DNA of 64,000 nucleotides from NCBI RefSeq assembly GCF_009914755.1, contig NC_060947.1; one strand, 5' to 3'. The translations under genes and the position numbers were made by a program. The notes under the pieces are model-generated. The model saw only the letters and a list, made by a program, of their open reading frames with translations, was not told the DNA's origin and searched no databases. The first letter of the stretch is position 1; every line of letters begins with the position of its first letter. The DNA is from the human T2T-CHM13v2.0 reference genome, Homo sapiens. This document shows positions 17,066 through 28,483 of this stretch, one piece after another.

Positions 17066-18828
17066 TCTCTGGTAAGAACAGCACTTTGAGTGTCTAAGCC
17101 GGGAGTGAACTAAGTCCTTTTTTCTCTCATTCCAAATTGACCCTATCCCTCAAATTGGCCTAGTGCATACCTTACTTCTTGACAGCTGCCCCGCGGTGCT
17201 CCTCCTTTGACTGCCTGGGTCACTGGCTCTACCCCTCATGTGCATGTATAACCATGAACCACACCATAGACACTCTTCTTCTATGTGTCACTTTACATTT
17301 CATTTTGTCTCCTCTTCCCAATGGGGTTTAAGCTTTTAGAATATGTCCCTGTTTTGAGCCAACACCCTCAAAACATAGGTCATAAATACCTGATTGGCTC
17401 AAACCCGAGAAAACAGTGGTGGTGTTTGTTTCAGAGGGCCTTACTCTCTTTTGAGGGTGACTTCCACTCATTTTCCCTCTAAGTATTAGCAATATAACCT
17501 TGCAGTCTCGACCAGTGGTCACTTATGACTACAAAATGGTATTTTTCTTAACCTAATAATAAACATTTTTCCTAAGAAATAATTGAAAACACAGCTGACC
17601 TTTAAAACTTCATAACTGTAAACTTTCTCATAAGTTATTTTCCATTGAAGCTTTAAGTAACGGAAATATCTTGTTAGGAAATGATGACAGACATAATCAA
17701 AAGCATGCATGTTCCCACTGTACAAAAGGAGTTCTTATCCTAGTCAAGCTTTTGGTGTTTTTTATCCTTGAAATATGTTAAAGTAGAGACTATCTGGAAT
17801 CTGAGTAGCAATCACAAAAAAGAACATACTGTCCAATCTGAAGGCCTTTATCCTAAGAAAATATTAAACAAGACTCAGGCGATGATGAATTGCATAACTT
17901 GTATGTTCCTGTGGAAGTGAATAATACTGAAAAGTTAAATCTTTCAAATTTAGTGACATTTCCTCTTGCTAGTAACATTTTCTAAAATCCTGTGTTCTTC
18001 AAAGCATTCATGTTCAAAGCTGAAAATGTCCTTATTGAATAAGTAGCTTCTAGTGGTTTTGAGAGCAAAATGAAACAAAAAACTTGAACCAATTATTCAT
18101 ACTACCCAGGTCCCTTATCTCTTTATTAAAGCTTTTTCCAACAGTGTATGTAACTAACCCTCCATGAAAATTTCTGGTGAAGGTAATGAATTGGAAAGCG
18201 CCATGGGCACTCAGATTACTTACATATGAATTCCATCATTCATTACCGCTTGAAGAACAGTTGTTCATCCTGTACTCACCAAAAGTGCTGCTGAAAAAAA
18301 TAATGCTAGTGATCTATTGCCCATTATTTTCTTACTGGTGCAAGATCGGGCCCTGGCAGCTGCTTCTAATATAGACGAAGTCTTTAGATTCCAGTCTGAC
18401 ACCACAGTCTGTTCTCACCCTCACCAGACAATTCTCACATCTCCCTGGGACCAGCTAATGCATTCAGGGAAGGCTGTAGGAGCATGACACAGACGCTAAG
18501 AAAAGTAGTTTTGAATCATGCTGTAACTACACATTTTAAAAATACAAAGAATTGAAAGCTTGTTTAGGGACATTATTAGTAATATTGAAGTGGGTTAATT
18601 TTCCCAGTCCATGTACTTTACTGCATTAAATTTTATCAAGCAAGAATATCCTTGAAACAGAACTAAAAACTGTGTTAATTGCTAAATTTGATAGACACCA
18701 AAACTTTCATTCTTTCATGTCTTTAATATTCTAAATCAGTTTAAAAGTTTGAAAGGTGCCACCCAGAGCAGAAATATGACCTTTCTGAAGTCACAGAACA
18801 TCTTATTAAAAATATGCAGAATCTTAGC

Positions 18829-19168
<340 letters not shown>

Positions 19169-19259
19169 TCAAGCACTAATCAAGGCAAACGGTATCAGAG
19201 AAAAACCAATTTATGGTTAATAATCCATGTTAAAGGATGGGTTACTAGCAACTAACTGT

Positions 19260-19510
19260 AACAATAACATTTATTGGGCACCAACTTGGTACCAAGCACC
19301 ATTCTATAACTTTTCTCATATTATCTCATGGATTCTTCACAATTACTACCCATTAGGGATTCTTCATAATTACTACCCACTAATTAGGATCCTATTTCAT
19401 AGGTGAGGCAACTGAGGCAAAGAATGGTGAAGGCAGGGGGCTTACAGGAGGACGAGAACCTCTAATCAGCGAGTGGTAGAGTGAGGCTGGACCTCTGTGA
19501 TTCAAGCAGT
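19260..19510 (-). mobile_element. MIR
   Basis: AACATTTATTGGGCACC...CATAGGTGAGGCAACTGAGGC. Confidence 0.7.
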
Positions 19511-19750
19511 TCTGCCACAGCTGCCTCCATACACTGTTGCCAGCAATAATATGAATACTGGAAAATGAGGTTCAAGATGGAAGTTGCAAGGGTTTTCATA
19601 AAATTCCCTTTTATGATGGTTTGCTATCTAGATCACAGTAAAACAAATAAGTAATACAGTTTTTTCAGACAGATGACAAGAACTGTGGGTTTACTTTATG
19701 TCCCAGTCACAGATTGCATTTGGGGACAAAGAAAATTCTCCCAGGGTGAT

Positions 19751-20180
19751 TGTACTCCTTTCCTAGGGCTGCCATAACAAAGTACCATATACTGGGTGGT
19801 TTAAAACAACAGAAATGTATTGTCTCATGGCTCTGGAGGTCAGAAGTCTGCAATCGAGGTGTTGGCAGGGCCATAAACCCTCTAAAGGTGCTAGGGAAGG
19901 ATCTGTTCCAGGCCTCTCCCACCTTCTGGATGTTCCTTGGATTGTGGCGACATAATGTCAATCTTCACATGGTGTTTTCACTGCATGTGTGTCTGTCTCT
20001 GTGTCCGGATTTTGCCCTTTTTATAAGGACCTGAGTCACATAGGATTAGGATCCCTGTAATGACCTCACTTAACCTCAATTACCTCTGGAAAGACCCTGT
20101 CTTTAAATAAGGTCACATTCTGAGGAACTGGGGGTTAGGATTCCACTGTATCTTTCTTGGGGAGATACAATTCAACCCAG
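19751..20180 (-). mobile_element. MLT1 (C/D-like) solo LTR
   Basis: TGTACTCCTTTCCTAGGGCTGCCATAACAAAGTACC...ATACAATTCAACCC. Confidence 0.85.
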
Positions 20181-20989
20181 ATGATGAAAGTGCAATTTGG
20201 AGCCGTAAAGTAACTAGACAGATTTGGAAATAATATGAAACACAGAGATGAAGCTTATCAAGTTTATAATGCACACAAGGCCTAGCTCATTCTGTAAAAT
20301 GTCCCACAGAATCACTGCAAGTGTAGCACTCTATGGGTAAGATTTGCCAACCTCTGATTTAAGGCTTCTAATTCACACTGAAAGACTTCATTTATTCACT
20401 CAAAATAATATTAAGTGGCAAGTATGACTTAGCAGGTAATTTTCATGATTTTGTTTACCTACCTAGAGTTCTACCTAACAATGGCAAGAGGGAGGAATAG
20501 GGATGGTTGTTAACAATATCTGTAACTGAACCGTTCACATTTTTTCTTTGGTGCAAGGACACATTTCATTGTTTTATCTTTATTTTATTCATATCCACTT
20601 TTTATTGACTAACTCAAGTTTATTTTAAACCAGCAGATAATTCAAAGTCACCTTTGAGATGACTGGGATTTGCTTCCATCCATAATTACAATTTCCATCA
20701 TAAAAGTATCAACCTCTAGTGGGCAAAACATGTTATTCTACTTTCTGGTAAGGACAAGAGTAATAAACTCGATCTCCATCCCATTTTCTCTGTCAAAAGC
20801 TGTAACAAACAGCATTCCAACCCAAACATGGACATGCTCCAATGCTTCTCATTTGTTGTATATATTAGACTAATGGTTGTTTCGTATCTATATTTTTAAA
20901 AAGGGTAAAATTTATTTCTGGAGATCAAGCAAAAGTATTCTGTGTGTAATAGAAAGTACTGTCTTAAAAGTATTTGTTTGGATATACTT

Positions 20990-21014
20990 CTTTCTTTCTT
21001 TTCTTTTTCTTTTC

Positions 21015-21046
<32 letters not shown>

Positions 21047-21179
21047 AGCCAGGGTCTCGCTCTGTCACCCAGGCTGGAGTACAGTGGTGTGATCGTGGCT
21101 CACTGCAGCCTCAAACTCCTGGGCTCAAGCCATCCTCCCGAGTTGCTGGGACTACAGGTGTGAGCCACCACACCTGGCT
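20990..21179 (-). mobile_element. Alu monomer with a long pyrimidine tail
   Basis: ~130-bp single arm; TSD GGATATACTT. Confidence 0.8.
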
Positions 21180-21879
21180 GGATATACTTTCTAATATGCT
21201 TAAAGAAGTACACAGTTTAAACAAAAGAAAGGAAGTCAAAAAAATCTGAACAAGTAGTTTAGTGAAGAATCACGGACGAAGATACTAAAGGATATAATAT
21301 TTTATACAAAGCCCAGTGCTCAGTTCTTGGCATCCAGTGGGGATCAATAAAAGCTAATTCATCATTAGGAAAATGCTGACAATGACAGACAGGAATGAAA
21401 CTCCCATTCCCAGGTTTCTACGCTTCTGTGTCATTGGAAAATTGTAGGTAAAATGTCATACAATTAGGCCTCACTTAAAACAAAATTGAGAATGAATACT
21501 GGTTATAATAGGGAAAGAAGCATTTGTATCTCAGTTAGAGGTACTTAGAAATGGTCTGGTGAATTTTAATAGGAGAGCACAAAAGCTGTTCTAGTTCTTT
21601 CTAGTAAGGTGGTAAGAAATTTAAAAAGAAAATTCCTGTTTTTGACTGAAGATATAAGACCTTTATCATAATTCTCTGACCCCATGGACAGGGCCTCAAT
21701 GCAGAACCAACAGGAAAGTTGTAAGTGCCAGGCATTTCGTTACTCTGTTTAGGTTCATGCTATTTAAGATTTGGGACCTCTAGCACCAAGGACATCTCCA
21801 AGATGTGTCCCAGAGGAATGGCAAAAGTATTTTAGGAACCTAGCAGTCTCAGGGACAAGTCCTAGTATACAGAAAGCAG

Positions 21880-22105
21880 TACAGGAAGTAGAGGTAGGCA
21901 GATTTGGTTTGGATCCTAACAGCAAATTACTAGTTGTGTACCACGGAACAAGTCAATTAACCTTTTTAAGGTTCACTTTCCTCATATATAAAATGAGTTT
22001 AATACTCTGAGGGACTGCTGTGTAGATCAGAGCACGCACACACACAAGCATGCATGCATACACACTCCATTTGGTAGAGTGTCTAATGGTTAATAAATAG
22101 TAGAA
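21880..22105 (+). mobile_element. MIR
   Basis: TTCACTTTCCTCATATATAAAATGAG core. Confidence 0.65.
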
Positions 22106-22339
22106 CTACTATTAGGATAAGCTTTGTTCTGGAACAAAAAAATGTCTTATACTAAAACAACTCCAGAAACTAACATAAGCAAGGTACAGCATCCCCATAG
22201 CTTTTCCAGGCTTAGGACTGGATTTGGAATATTACCCTAGCCAATGAAGAATTATAAAATTACTTTATATATTAGAGAAAAAAAATGTAAAAGGCAGGGC
22301 AAGGAAAGGAAGCATGAAGAGACAGAGGCCTGAACTTAC

Positions 22340-22796
22340 GTCGTTCTTCTCTATGCCTCTCGGTCTCTGCAAAGTACTGGCGGAGCTCTTCAGTGATTTC
22401 CATATTGCTCAGGTCACATTCTACCTCTGCATCTGACTCAGTCTCCATCTCTTCCTCTTTGGACAAAGCTTGGTCTTCTTTTGTGGATGCCTGGATCCTA
22501 CTGCTGTAACGTGGATGCTGCCCAGATCTTCTGAAATGTGAAGAACTGCAGGGGTAGTCCTGCCAGGCCACATGATGGTCATAGAAGGACTGAGGATACG
22601 CAGCCTCATTATCGTAAGAGCTTTGGGGAAGAAGCGCAGAAGGTAAGTACCATGGAAGATTGAAACAGGATTCCACGGCCTTCCTGTAGGCATTGTGATG
22701 GCTTTGCATCCAAGCCATTGCTTGATGATAATGTTGCCAGTATCTTGCATATACCGGATGAGAATACCAAGGCCTGGTAGCTTTCGATGTTGATGC
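22340..22796 (-). CDS. GEMIN8: Gemin-8 coding exon 4 (457 nt, ASTSK...HREER)
   Basis: Acceptor ttttgtag|GCATCAACA and donor GAACGAC|gtaagt. Overlaps track ORF 22272..22718. Confidence 0.96.
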
Positions 22797-23389
22797 CTAC
22801 AAAATGAAAGGAGGTGGAGGGTGGACACCAAAGTGTTTATTATCCTCAAGAGAAATCTTCAAATGTTTAATCTGCTACCCAACAGGTATTTACTTAGTAT
22901 TTGCTAAATACCTACCTACATGAGGAGGCTACTGGGCCCAAAATATTGTGTGAGATAGGTCCAGGCCCACAGTGGACACCAAGTGTATGCACACTTGCTA
23001 AGTCCATGTACATAAGGTATGCACAAGCCAGCCAATTAAAGCTATGGAGCATTATAATGTGGGGATGAAGGCTAGTGATCGTTTCTAGATGAGACGCAGG
23101 GAGAGAGAAGACTGGATGTTTATCACCTTAGCCCTCTCTACCCACTGTAATTAAATGACTACTGCCAACTGAGCAACGGCCTGCTAAGAACCACACTAGA
23201 CTGACAAGCATGACAGACTTTAGTTTTTCCCTTTCTGCCCCCTAAACTAACTTGCTGGCCTGAGCCACCCCTAAATGCCTGGGGTAAGAGATGTCTAGGA
23301 ATGCACCCAATAGTGCTTTTACTTTTGTATTTCTTAGGTCTTCTCCATCGTGCAATGAGAATACCAAACTTTAAAGACTAAAATTTACC

Positions 23390-23660
23390 AGCAAACTATC
23401 GCAAGGACAAAAAACCAAACTCCGCATGTTCTCACTCACAGGTGGGAATTGAACAATGAGAACACATGGACACAGGAAGGGGAACATCACACACCAGGGA
23501 CTGTTGTGGGGTGGGGGGAGGGGGGAGGGATAGCATTAGGAGATATACCTAATGTTAAATGACGAGTTAATGGGTGCAGCACACCAACATGGCACATGTA
23601 TACATATGTAACTAACCTGCCCGTTGTGCGCATGTACCCTAAAACTTAAAGTATAAAAAA
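23390..23660 (+). mobile_element. Young L1PA (PA3/PA4-like) 5'-truncated 3' end
   Basis: Near-consensus L1PA 3'UTR with its G-rich tract; 17-bp TSD AAAGACTAAA(A/G)TTTACC at 23373-23389 and 23661-23677. Confidence 0.93.
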
Positions 23661-23725
23661 AAAGACTAAAGTTTACCTTTTTTACTTACGAGCTCAAAAA
23701 AAAAATAAAAAAATAAAAATCTTAC

Positions 23726-23740
23726 CTTTACCGCTGCCAT
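23726..23740 (-). CDS. GEMIN8: Gemin-8 first coding segment (MAAVK) in exon 3 (exon spans 23726-23773)
   Basis: Minus strand reads ttctttcctag|TTTCAGCACC...CAGAG ATG GCA GCG GTA AAG|gtaaga. Strong Kozak context (GAGATGG); phase-0 join to the next exon. Confidence 0.93.
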
Positions 23741-24067
23741 CTCTGATTGTGAAAGTCCAAATGGGTGCTGAAACTAGGAAAGAAGAATCACAGTGCAAAC
23801 GTCTGATCAGTATGGCTGTGTGATATTTGTGGCTATTCTATGGTTTGTGAGGCAGCTCCCAAGGAACTGCCTCTTCCCAGGACCATGCCTGATTTCATGC
23901 AACCTATCTATATGACGTTGGTTCCTGGGCTATAACTTTGTGGTCTGAAAAGGAGGGATCCACTTAGGTTTGATTAAGTGGGTCAAAAGATCCTGCATGG
24001 TTCAATTACTTATTTCCCTATAGGAAGTAAAGTCTATGAAAATGACCATATAAATATTTAGTAGTTA

Positions 24068-24068
24068 A

Positions 24069-24109
<41 letters not shown>

Positions 24110-24360
24110 TATATATACTGATATATATACTGAGGCTGGAGAGATGTCTTATTCTCCAAGTCCCAGATAATGTATATGTATAATGTATAATGTATACACA
24201 CATATATATGTATATGTATGTATACACATATATATGTGTGTATATATAATGTATATATACACATATATGTATGTATACACATGTATATATACACATGTAT
24301 ATATAATGTGTATATATATGTGTGTGTGTGTATATATATATACACACACACACAATATAC
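24068..24360. repeat. Compound (TG)/(TA)/(CA) microsatellite interrupted by a 37-bp unique insert
   Basis: Read directly from the sequence. Confidence 0.95.
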
Positions 24361-25618
24361 AAAACATGAACTAAAAATTTATAGTTATTACTTTATTTAC
24401 TAATCCTTAACTCATGCTAATGCTTACTTAAATTAACCCTGGGTCTTCCTGAGGCTTGAGGGGAACACATCTTTCCAAATGACCAGAAACCTCTGTTGGG
24501 TCTTGCCTTAGGTTTGGGACTTGGAGAATAAGACATCTCTCCAGCCTCAGTTGTGCCCTGGGCTTTAAGTTCCCCAAATGGGCTTTGTTTTCATTTTGAT
24601 TGCAATATGCATTTCTCAGCCAGCATGTGACATCACACTCTCCTTGCCTAACCACCCTGTCTCTTCACAGGAGAAAAAAACACTCCATGGAGTCTCTACT
24701 GAGGCACCAGATAGACTGCCTCTGGCAAATAGCATTGCTCTGCTGAGATTTACTCCTTTTCTCTCTACCCACCTGTTGTGATTTGCTGATTCGATGCATG
24801 AAATACCCAAAAGTAATGGCTAATCTGCAGCTGTAGCTTTTTCAATCTATTTAAAATAGACTTTTTTTTTTTCTATTCAGAGGTTCAGAGCTACACCAGA
24901 ATGTACTTTTAAAAAGTTAAACAAAAATATCCAAAAATGCATGATAATTTAAGTTTCTGTGAGACAAAACCACTAACACAATGTAATGCTGAGCAAACAA
25001 CTACTTAGGTTTTGAAACTTTGGAAATCAGATACCAAAGCAGTCTTATTTTTCCTTTTCACTTAACTATAGGGTAGAATTAAAACATTCCCCAACCCTTA
25101 AGAAACAAACTTTACTTGTTTTATAATCTCTATCAGATGTTTTGCTATGGTTATATTAAGAACTGAGATGCTAAATCAACCACTTCTATATTTTAAGATT
25201 TAGCTGAAAGAGAATCATTCACATTCTTTTTGAATATAATAAACTTTCAAATAGGGTATTTCTAAGAGGGCTGACATAACCTTCTGTAAATTTATCTTAA
25301 ACATAGCCCATAGTTCCTGTTCCTTGTCTTAAATTCAATACTATGCATACATGCAACGAATATAAACTGAAAAAGTTAACAAATGCAGTGTAAATTAAGT
25401 TCACATTAATCTATAATTTTAATGTTTTAAAGGTTTAAAACATGAACAAGTACCTGAAAACCTAGCTAACTGCTATGTGCTTTCCGGGCCACTGAAGAAA
25501 TATAAAAGTTAATACTTAGGTGGCTTACCACTCAGAGAAATAAAACATACTTGAAATTATGTAGAAATTAGTATGTACTTAAGAGCAAAACTGTAAGGTG
25601 CAGCCTTTAAGTGGCTAA

Positions 25619-25937
<319 letters not shown>

Positions 25938-26456
25938 CCAGGTTTTATATTTTTATCACTAAAATCTGAATAATTTTCTGAGAGCCTGCAGCACATAATG
26001 ACATTAACGCAAACTGCATGTGTATCTTAATCAAATTTGTTTTATAGATTAACAAGCAGCACAGGAATTAAATTAGAAAAGTCTAGGAGACATCTGCATG
26101 TGTTCTGGAAATTAAGTGTTTTGAATCCAGACTTCTTTCTACGCATCATAAGGCATTTAGAACCAGGTCAACTAAAATATCAATTATTCCAAACTGGGAA
26201 GTGTGATAGCCTCAAATATGGAATAAACACCATTGAGATCAAACACTACTATAGACAAAATCTTGTTTTTAGTTATAATTGGGAAAATCCAGTGTGGTAT
26301 TAAAGGTTGTAGCACCAATATTCTGAAAATCCACCAGATGGCTAAGAGAGGCTCCATTTTGCAAAGCTGGAAGTTTAGGCATGTGAGATAAAGTAGACTA
26401 CCATTTTAAGGAGTTCAAGGGTAATTGATGATGTTCTCCAGGCTGCTCAAATGTCA

Positions 26457-26858
<402 letters not shown>

Positions 26859-27499
26859 CTATGTTAGAAGGCCTCAGAGATCACCCAGGTACATCCTGAG
26901 CACTTATGCAAGAAAGAAGCCAAGAGAATCATTTGAGATGACTGAAGAAAGCCAGTTCCAGCTTCTGAACCAGAGGCAGTTCAGAATAAGCCCAGAGTGC
27001 CCACTATCTACATTAATTAAATATATTAATTCATCAGCTAAGGTGCTAGACTCTTAAGACCCAGGACATTATGAAAGGATGAATTTATGTTAATGATGGA
27101 GTGCAAGAAACTCTGTAGGCAATTTTGCTTTGCTTTGATTATGCTTTCCTCACAGTTTTGACCACTGGGACATTTATAATCAAACTTGCTGCCATCTTCC
27201 ATCAAGTTTAAAGTCCTGAGGCTGTATGTAGACTGTGCTCATCTCACTCTTGGCTTTATTATTTTCTCTCCCTAAATCCCAAAATGTACTTGTACTTGTA
27301 ATAGCCTTTTACATTTTAAGTCTTTTTAAGATTCCTAAAATCCTATATTCAAATTAACCAATTTGAATAATTGACTTGAAGAATTACACATTCGTCTCTC
27401 AAAAGTCAAATAAGGCATAGAAAAACATGTTTAAAGGAATAGCAACTTGCATAGAGCTTTATAATTATTTTTAGCTAGGTCTTTCCAGTATTATTACTT

Positions 27500-27705
27500 T
27501 ATGCCAGCAATTTTTTTTCAGTAAAGGGCGAGATAAATATTTTAGGCTTGTGGGCCACATACAGTCTTTGTCGCATAGTCTTCACGTTCTTTGCTTTAAA
27601 AAAAAAAAAAACACACACCAAACAACCCTTTAAAAATGTAAAAACAATTCTTAGCTTCCTGAAGTACAAAAAACAGGCTGTGGGCTTTTATTTTGCCCAC
27701 CCCTG
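27500..27705. mobile_element. MER58 (B-like) MITE
   Basis: GTAAAGGGCGAGATAAATATTTTAGGCTTGTGGGCCA...TTTGCCCACCCCTG. Confidence 0.7.
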
Positions 27706-28401
27706 TTTCATGTTAACACATTTTGAAGTTGTATAGATTCTCTCTGAATATACTGAGCATCCTAATTGTTCCTCAGTTTCCACTTGGGAATCAGTAGACG
27801 AACTTCACGATTCTCACACGTTTCATAAATGATTAGGTTTGGAGAAAGACTAGTGGAGGCAAGAAAACTGACTATGACCAATAGCAATCATGTTGACCGG
27901 TTGCTAATATGTGGGACAAAAAAACACTCTCCATGACTAAATAAGGAAATTGGATCTTTTCTTAAATATCCATATAAACATTTAAAGACTTAACTAAAAA
28001 TAACAATAAAAATTCTGCAAAACCATATCAATCAGCAGGGCTTAGAAAGCAAACAGGACAGAGCTCTGAATCTCTATTCCCTGGAAAGAATATATATTCT
28101 TTCCTGCTAAGCAATCAGTTAGTCAGTTAATATCAGTTAGCTCCCAAGGGAAGAAGAGGTCCTCTTCTAGAGATAGGTCCGATTAGCTTTTTTAAGCTGG
28201 TTATTTTCTTCACGCATGGAGAACTTAAGGAGCTAATAAGAATGCCTGGGTTTCTGAAAAGCCAACATCTAAATAATTATAGACATTACAGCAACACCTT
28301 CAGAGACTACTACCTCTCAAAGAAAAGAGAGCTGATGGTTGCTGCAGATTTAGATGCCCTTTGGTCTTTAATGGTCTTTAATTCGATCTTTCATTCCTCA
28401 C

Positions 28402-28483
28402 CTCCCTGGGAATGTCTCCCACTCTTTTATGGCACAAGCCTTCAGGGACTGAACAGTAACTTTTCTCCAATGGGCTGGTGGAG
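28402..28483 (-). other. GEMIN8: 5'UTR exon 2 (82 nt)
   Basis: Strong acceptor ctcttttctttcag|CTCCACC and donor GGGAG|gtgagg; no upstream ATG in the exon. Confidence 0.8.

Noticed and set aside
22272-22339. Read-through of exon 4 into intron 4 ([11 protein letters not shown]...) as an alternative C-terminus
   Set aside because: The donor is a consensus GTAAGT and I found no nearby canonical AATAAA on the minus strand.
24018-24403. Tyr/Ile/His/Thr-rich ORFs
   Set aside because: Translations of the TA/CA microsatellite.
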